DNA from: a virus
Reading direction: 5' to 3' (one strand)
Virus record (IMG/VR): IMGVR_UViG_3300020045_014031
Coordinates: 33,184 to 97,183 of that record
Length of the DNA stretch: 64,000 nucleotides
Below, one piece after another: positions 59,118 to 64,000 of the stretch; the stretch's first letter is position 1; every line of letters starts with the position of its first letter. Below the pieces are notes generated by a model. The model was not told the DNA's origin. It did not search any database and saw only the letters and a program-made list of their open reading frames with translations. Both the position numbers and the translations under genes were made by a program.

Positions 59118-59672
59118 TTATTTATATTTATTTAATAACTTACCTTTAACTTGATTACTAAATTTATTTTTATTAGCTCTTCTTAATTGTTGTCTTGACA
59201 TTTTAGTAATATCAATATCTTTTAATACTTCTTCTAATGTTACATCTTCTTTAATTTTAGTAACCAATTGTTTTTCTTTGTTTTGATGTTTCATTATTTC
59301 ATCATATCTTTCATTAACTCTATCAATTATAAATTGACTTCCTTCAAAGTAACAATCATCTCTATTTATATATTCTAAAAAATCTTTATCTTCCATGTGG
59401 AGGAGGATAGAAGCAGGGTATCTAAATCTTTCTTTTTTTGTATTAAATGTAAGTAATTCTTTCATTTCTTCTAATGTATATTTTTTAGTTTCTTGATTTT
59501 TAATTTCTTTTGTTTGTTCTTGTAATTGAGCTAATATACCTTTGGTTTTTTCGTTCGTATCTAATTTTTCTTGATTTATTTGTTCTTTACTTTTAGGATA
59601 GAGCAAGTCTAAAGTTTTTGTTTCTTCATTCCATTGTTTTATTATATAACCATCTAAACTATCATCTCTCAT
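59118..59672 (-). CDS. hypothetical protein
   Basis: 184 aa with basic C-terminal MSRQQLRR. Confidence 0.6.
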   Translation of the reverse strand: MRDDSLDGYIIKQWNEETKTLDLLYPKSKEQINQEKLDTNEKTKGILAQLQEQTKEIKNQETKKYTLEEMKELLTFNTKKERFRYPASILLHMEDKDFLEYINRDDCYFEGSQFIIDRVNERYDEIMKHQNKEKQLVTKIKEDVTLEEVLKDIDITKMSRQQLRRANKNKFSNQVKGKLLNKYK

Positions 59673-59989
59673 TATTTCTCAAATTTAAAATTCTTTTTAT
59701 TTTCTTCTCTAACTCTTAACGTTTCCTCTTCTACTCTTTCTTTTATTTCTTTATTATCCTTTAATAAATCAAAAAGAAATGTTTCTTTAGTAAATTTAAA
59801 CTCAGAATACAATTCTTCTTTGTATTGAAATTCTTCTGTATCAGCATACATTGCTAATGTAAGTCTTTCTTTATATAATCTAATATAAAGAATAGTTATT
59901 TCTGGGTGTTTAAATACTAAGTAGTTTGTTTTCTTAGCTACTTGTCTAAAACCTTGTTGAGTAAGTAGTGATATAAATTTCTCTTTCAT
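59672..59989 (-). CDS. hypothetical protein
   Basis: 105 aa, coupled at both ends. Confidence 0.6.
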   Translation of the reverse strand: MKEKFISLLTQQGFRQVAKKTNYLVFKHPEITILYIRLYKERLTLAMYADTEEFQYKEELYSEFKFTKETFLFDLLKDNKEIKERVEEETLRVREENKKNFKFEK

Positions 59990-61011
59990 TCAAAATTATA
60001 TTTAGATTTTACTTTTACTTCTTTATTAGGTTTGTTGATTAATTGTTTTCTATTATTCTCAAAATAGAATTTAATCATATCTTCAAACTCTTCTTTTAAG
60101 TAAGGTACTTTTTTAACTGTTACTTTTTCCTTACCTAATAAACTAACATCTATGTTTTTAGTCATCCCTAATTTCTTAATATCATGATGAGTAAAATTAA
60201 GATTTCTAACTACATAACCATATTCTTCTAATATTCTTGCATAACCTGATATTTGTAAACAGTAATGTATAAAATTACAATCGTCTAAATGATTAATCGG
60301 AAACTCCATTTTATTAAAGAAATTACTTTCTTCTATTTTTTCATTAGTTTTATAATCATCTACATCAATGTATCTAACCCCATTGATAGTTTCAACATAA
60401 ACTTTATCAGCCTGTCCTGTAAGAAAGATAGTGTATTCTGAGCCTTCTAAAATAATAGAGGAAAGATATAAGAGTAGCTCAGGATGATAACCATCTTCTA
60501 AATTTGTTAAATCTTTAGAATATCTTATTTCTTTACTTCCTTGACTTATATTATTAAGAGCTAAACTAACTTCTGTATTACCTATTACAGCTTTCTTTTC
60601 TTCGTAAGCTTTTTCTTCTTTATGTTCATGAAACTCAGTACCTACATTACAAGCATTATCTTTCTTATCTTGCCAATCTTGTTTTACTTCTTTAGAAGTA
60701 TTATTAATTACTTTATTCCAATCTACTAATTTACCTATACAAGATTTTAAAAACAAAACTCTTTCTTCTTGGGTATCAAATGAATCATGTCTTTTAAAGT
60801 TAAATCCGTGTTGTTTACATAAAGCACTAAATTGTTTCCTATCTTCTATTTGTAATTCTCTTCTTACAGCAGTATATATAGACCAGAAATGCTCTTGATA
60901 TTTCTGTTTAAATTTACCAATAAATGTAGTCATTGATAAACCTTGTTGTACTTTTATATTATCAACTAACTCATAATAGTTATGTCCTAATTCTTCAAAT
61001 ATTACTTGCAT
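59986..61011 (-). CDS. PD-(D/E)XK exonuclease (RecB/Cas4-like)
   Basis: GTEFHE, ELLLY, GQADKV, IDVDDYKTN, Y.LQISGYA motifs. Confidence 0.85.
   Translation of the reverse strand: MQVIFEELGHNYYELVDNIKVQQGLSMTTFIGKFKQKYQEHFWSIYTAVRRELQIEDRKQFSALCKQHGFNFKRHDSFDTQEERVLFLKSCIGKLVDWNKVINNTSKEVKQDWQDKKDNACNVGTEFHEHKEEKAYEEKKAVIGNTEVSLALNNISQGSKEIRYSKDLTNLEDGYHPELLLYLSSIILEGSEYTIFLTGQADKVYVETINGVRYIDVDDYKTNEKIEESNFFNKMEFPINHLDDCNFIHYCLQISGYARILEEYGYVVRNLNFTHHDIKKLGMTKNIDVSLLGKEKVTVKKVPYLKEEFEDMIKFYFENNRKQLINKPNKEVKVKSKYNFE
60439..60463 (+). repeat. dispersed motif copy
   Basis: TGAGCCTTCTAAAATAATAGAGGAA; reads SSIILEGS, the same peptide as in the unrelated RNAP. Confidence 0.95.
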
Positions 61012-61425
61012 TTATTTTATATTTAAAAATTCTAATACCTTTTTTAATTCATTTATTGATTTTAAATTACCTTCAAAAACTGTTTTTATTTTATCTTCTT
61101 TTTGTAATTCTATTTGTATAATATCATGTTGTAATGTTATTATTAAATAATAATTATTTACTAATTTTTTAAAAGATAATATATTGTTAATATTTAAACA
61201 TAAATTAAATCCTAAACTTTCAATATCTTCTTTATCTAAGTATTTAGTTTTTAATATTGCGTGAGAAGCTTTAGTATAATCTTCTTTATATTGATTTAAT
61301 TCTTCATTAAATAATAATAAATCTGGAAAACAACCTGATTGTAATCCTTTATTTGTTTGTATATTTGTTATATAACCTAAATATAATTCCTCTAATTTAG
61401 GTTCATAATATTTATCTTGTTCCAT
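61012..61425 (-). CDS. hypothetical protein
   Basis: 137 aa; KYLDKEDIESLGF..FEGNLKSINELKKVL family seen in Bacteroidota phages. Confidence 0.6.
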   Translation of the reverse strand: MEQDKYYEPKLEELYLGYITNIQTNKGLQSGCFPDLLLFNEELNQYKEDYTKASHAILKTKYLDKEDIESLGFNLCLNINNILSFKKLVNNYYLIITLQHDIIQIELQKEDKIKTVFEGNLKSINELKKVLEFLNIK

Positions 61426-61657
61426 TACTATATATTTTTAATTCATTATCTAAAAATAAATCTAATTCTATAAAAGATTTGATTTCTTTAAGTCTTTGTT
61501 TAAAATCAACTCTTTCTTTTTTATTACGGTAGTATTTAAGTAAAGTATTTATTTTAACATCTCTTTCCGATTCTATTCTTTCTTTCTCTTTTTTAAATAA
61601 TTCTTCATTATCTTTTCTTAAAAAAACATAAAGGTTACTTGATATTTGTCCTTTCAT
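61412..61657 (-). CDS. hypothetical protein
   Basis: 81 aa ORF in the operon. Confidence 0.5.
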   Translation of the reverse strand: MKGQISSNLYVFLRKDNEELFKKEKERIESERDVKINTLLKYYRNKKERVDFKQRLKEIKSFIELDLFLDNELKIYSNGTR

Positions 61658-61658
61658 T

Positions 61659-62003
61659 TTATAAGTTTATTAATTGAATAGTATGCTTATATAAATCAAA
61701 TTTTATGTTTTTAAAAAATATACCATGTTCTAATTTTAAAACAAGTATTACTTTATCTAATAGTATTATACTTGCTTCTTTTGATTCTGGATACCAGTGG
61801 TCAATTACTAATACAATTTTCTTTTCAAATAATAATTCAATTATATTTTTTACTATCAATGTTGTATTTCTTGATTTACTGTTTTCTAATATCTTATTAT
61901 AATCAGGTAATACGCAATCAATACCTCTCATCCCATGTTCTATTTTATCTAATACTTTACTTGATACATAAGGTTTTATTTTAATTAATTCTTCTGTTCT
62001 CAT
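61659..62003 (-). CDS. hypothetical protein
   Basis: 114 aa ORF in the operon. Confidence 0.55.
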   Translation of the reverse strand: MRTEELIKIKPYVSSKVLDKIEHGMRGIDCVLPDYNKILENSKSRNTTLIVKNIIELLFEKKIVLVIDHWYPESKEASIILLDKVILVLKLEHGIFFKNIKFDLYKHTIQLINL

Positions 62004-62341
62004 TTTAATTTGTTATTACTTATTTCAATTAATAATTTCTTTCTTTCACTTGATGAACCTTTAAAAGCGTACTTAGGATTAATTTTATAAGTTTGTGTAT
62101 TAGGTTGAGCTTTATATATTAGATTTAATTTTAATAAAACACTTGTTGAATTACTATATGAGCTTAATGCTTTACCTGTTTGTTTTACTATTTCATTTTT
62201 TAACACCTTACTGATTGTAAGTAATGTACCGTCTGAATAGTGAGAAACTAAATAAGCAAATAATTCAATATCAGACTTACTTAATTGATTTTCTAATAAT
62301 ACATTCCAGAAGTCTATATCAGTTATTATTTTGTTTTTCAT
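62000..62341 (-). CDS. RepL-like winged-helix DNA-binding protein
   Basis: LSKSDIELFAYL..HTH..LLKLNLI....TYKINPKYAFKG. Confidence 0.7.
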   Translation of the reverse strand: MKNKIITDIDFWNVLLENQLSKSDIELFAYLVSHYSDGTLLTISKVLKNEIVKQTGKALSSYSNSTSVLLKLNLIYKAQPNTQTYKINPKYAFKGSSSERKKLLIEISNNKLK

Positions 62342-62810
62342 TTTGTTTATTATAATGTTTTAATCTATCACCAGAATATACAAAAGAAGTATTAACACAA
62401 TAAACCTCATCATATAGTGTAACGTTAAGTATATTATTAACTAATAGTTCTTTTATAGCTTTATTGTAATCTTTACTTCTTAATTTAGTTTTTTCTAAAA
62501 ATAAAGCTTTATTAATCCATAAGTAATCTTTTCCTGTTTCTATTTCATAGGTTATAAAAATAAATAACCAATTAGCTTCTCTACCTAATGTTAATAGTAA
62601 ATCTCTGTTTTGTTTATTTTCTTTATATAACTTAGTAAAATCTGAATTTTCTACTTTTTTATTTATAGAAGTATTTATTTCTGTTACACCATCAGAAGAG
62701 TCAAATGAAAAACTATTCTTAGATTTAAACTCTCTTATCTTAATATCTTCTAACTTGAAAGAAGATTTTTTAATTTCTTCTTCATCTATAATTGGCTTCT
62801 TCTTATTCAT
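62319..62810 (-). CDS. RepL-like winged-helix protein
   Basis: FTKLY..AIKELLVNNIL....VYCVNTSFVYSGDR. Confidence 0.65.
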   Translation of the reverse strand: MNKKKPIIDEEEIKKSSFKLEDIKIREFKSKNSFSFDSSDGVTEINTSINKKVENSDFTKLYKENKQNRDLLLTLGREANWLFIFITYEIETGKDYLWINKALFLEKTKLRSKDYNKAIKELLVNNILNVTLYDEVYCVNTSFVYSGDRLKHYNKQNEKQNNN

Positions 62811-63231
62811 TTATCAAATTGTTTGGGTAAAATTCTTTTCTACTACCTTTAAACATAAACTCAGGGTTAATCCAATAAACATCTTTAATTATTGTCTTAG
62901 CTATAATGTTATGTTTACATAAGTTATTTACCATAGATTTAAAAGTATTTAATGATTTAATACTATATGTACTCATAAAATGTTCTTTATTTACAATTAC
63001 ATATTCGTTGTTTTCTTCTAAGTTAAAAGGTAAGTACCAGTATAGTTTTATGCTATTATTTAATTTAAAAATTGTTTCTTTAAAAGATTCTTTTCTATAT
63101 ATATTTGTATTCCATATACCTATACTATTTTTCTCATCTTCTAATGTAAATTTTAAATCTTTAATAAAAGGATTAGTACCTATTTCTTTTAGCTCTTTAT
63201 CTGTTAGTGTCAATTTTTTGTTATCTTCCAT
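62803..63231 (-). CDS. RepL-like winged-helix protein
   Basis: NLCKHNIIAKT...DVYWINPEFMFKGSR. Confidence 0.7.
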   Translation of the reverse strand: MEDNKKLTLTDKELKEIGTNPFIKDLKFTLEDEKNSIGIWNTNIYRKESFKETIFKLNNSIKLYWYLPFNLEENNEYVIVNKEHFMSTYSIKSLNTFKSMVNNLCKHNIIAKTIIKDVYWINPEFMFKGSRKEFYPNNLINE

Positions 63232-63313
63232 ATTTTTGATATATTGTTAATTTATTAAAGATAATGAAAAATATTGACAAACTGTCAAAAATATGTTATT
63301 ATTTTATTTAACG

Positions 63314-63453
63314 TAAGTATTTGATAATCAATGAATTGACAAAATGATAGTTATAAGTTATTGATAATCAGTTAATTATAGTTTATCGAGGAGGTGAATA
63401 TAATACTATTCCCTGCTTGATGATAGGTTAATTAATTGATAATCAGTTAGTTA
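63314..63453. promoter_or_regulatory. three quasi-palindromic TAAnTnnTTGATAATCAnTnAnTT boxes
   Basis: TTGATAATCA at 63321, 63361 and 63436 with conserved flanks. Confidence 0.7.
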
Positions 63454-63542
63454 TGTATTTTAAAATGTCAGAAAGTGATATTTTTGATTTTATATTTTAA
63501 AAGGCACAAATAACAAAAATAAAAATAATTAAATGTCTATGT

Positions 63543-63684
63543 GTTATATGCCCGTATGATATAAAAATAATGAAAAAAATATAAGTAATGTTATAACTAA
63601 AGAAAAAGGTATAAAAAGGATAAAAGGATAACGATGATAACGATGATAATTTTAAGAACTTGTGTGAGTTATATGCCCGTATGA
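63543..63684 (+). repeat. 17-bp direct repeat GTTATATGCCCGTATGA x2 enclosing a short tandem repeat
   Basis: exact copies at 63543-63559 and 63668-63684; GATAACGAT x2.5 at 63627-63649. Confidence 0.85.
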
Positions 63685-63757
63685 CCACATCACCTTTAAC
63701 ACCCCTACCTTATTAATGCGATTGGAATGTCCCGTTCGTTTCTAAAACTAAAATATC

Positions 63758-64000
63758 ATGGCTAATTTCAATAGAATATCAATTGATGCTTTCAAAAAGC
63801 TTTCAAACTCAACGTTTTTGGATTTAGTAAAATCTCCAAAAACAAGTAAATTGTTTCTTGTTAATCAAAACGGTGACAAGTATAATGTTCAACAAGATAT
63901 TGACATTGACAAGCATTGTGAAATCCTTGTAATTGTATCTGTTGAAGATGATGAGGAAATCACAGCTTATTGTTTAGTAAACAAGAATGAGTCTGTTATT
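63758..64000 (+). CDS. first gene of the divergent (probably early) block, truncated by the window end
   Basis: open from ATG 63758 to the end: MANFNRISIDAFKKLSNSTFLDLVKSPKTSKLFLVNQNGDKYNVQQD... Confidence 0.75.
   Translation, partial: MANFNRISIDAFKKLSNSTFLDLVKSPKTSKLFLVNQNGDKYNVQQDIDIDKHCEILVIVSVEDDEEITAYCLVNKNESVI

Noticed and set aside
59986-61011. Cas4 / CRISPR adaptation gene
   Set aside because: PD-(D/E)XK motifs are present but the four-Cys Fe-S pattern and any array are not; an ordinary phage exonuclease.
63314-63453. Fur boxes
   Set aside because: Only the TGATAATCA core resembles Fur sites; the full 19-bp Fur consensus is not matched.
5634-63507. Dispersed motif as a CRISPR array or a repeated protein domain
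   Set aside because: Copies are kb apart, in both orientations and several frames, with no repeat-spacer periodicity and no cas operon.
5634-63507. Dispersed motif as a simple late promoter
   Set aside because: About half the copies point against transcription and most are deep inside genes; not fully excluded but a poor fit.
3561-63688. Antisense or shadow ORFs (3561-3878, 7193-7387, 26849-27040, 30280-30753, 31495-31680, 44960-45178, 55029-55244, 60933-61121, 61705-61902, 61772-61984, 62906-63250, 63497-63688)
   Set aside because: They lie opposite well-supported genes or in the repeat-rich control region, with F/L/S/I-rich composition typical of reverse-frame artefacts.
1-64000. Stop-codon reassignment as in some gut crAss-like phages
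   Set aside because: Genes up to 2550 aa are intact in code 11, coding density is high, and TAG/TGA end genes at tight junctions.
1-64000. tRNA or rRNA genes
   Set aside because: Intergenic gaps are short and AT-rich; no cloverleaf or GTTCGA T-arm context found by eye.

Overview
Very AT-rich (roughly 24% GC by eye), gene-dense segment of a crAss-like (Crassvirales-type) podophage genome, most likely infecting an environmental Bacteroidota host. It reads in standard code 11. 1-5631 (+): end of the nucleotide-metabolism block (ThyX, HNH endonuclease, uracil-DNA glycosylase, MazG-like dNTP pyrophosphatase, spanin-like pair). 5739-63231 (-): one long converging block with tail fibre/spike and holin-like genes, three giant ejected cargo proteins including the virion RNA polymerase (DFDID motif), muzzle/ring/capsid/portal/terminase genes, an accessory cluster (GroES-like, Tad1-like sponge, nucleases) and three RepL-like genes. 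63232-63757: repeat-rich divergent control region, then a truncated + strand gene. The most unusual signal is an asymmetric DNA motif, consensus (ACAAAT)GAGCCTTCTAAAATAATAG. It occurs about 16 times in both orientations, mostly inside coding sequence in at least four reading registers and often as inverted pairs, with a hairpin copy at the convergence point of the two gene blocks. Other points: terminal cysteines that could chain the cargo proteins head-to-tail, apparent GATC avoidance, and an anti-defence cassette. All family calls are from motif recognition by eye; no searches were run.
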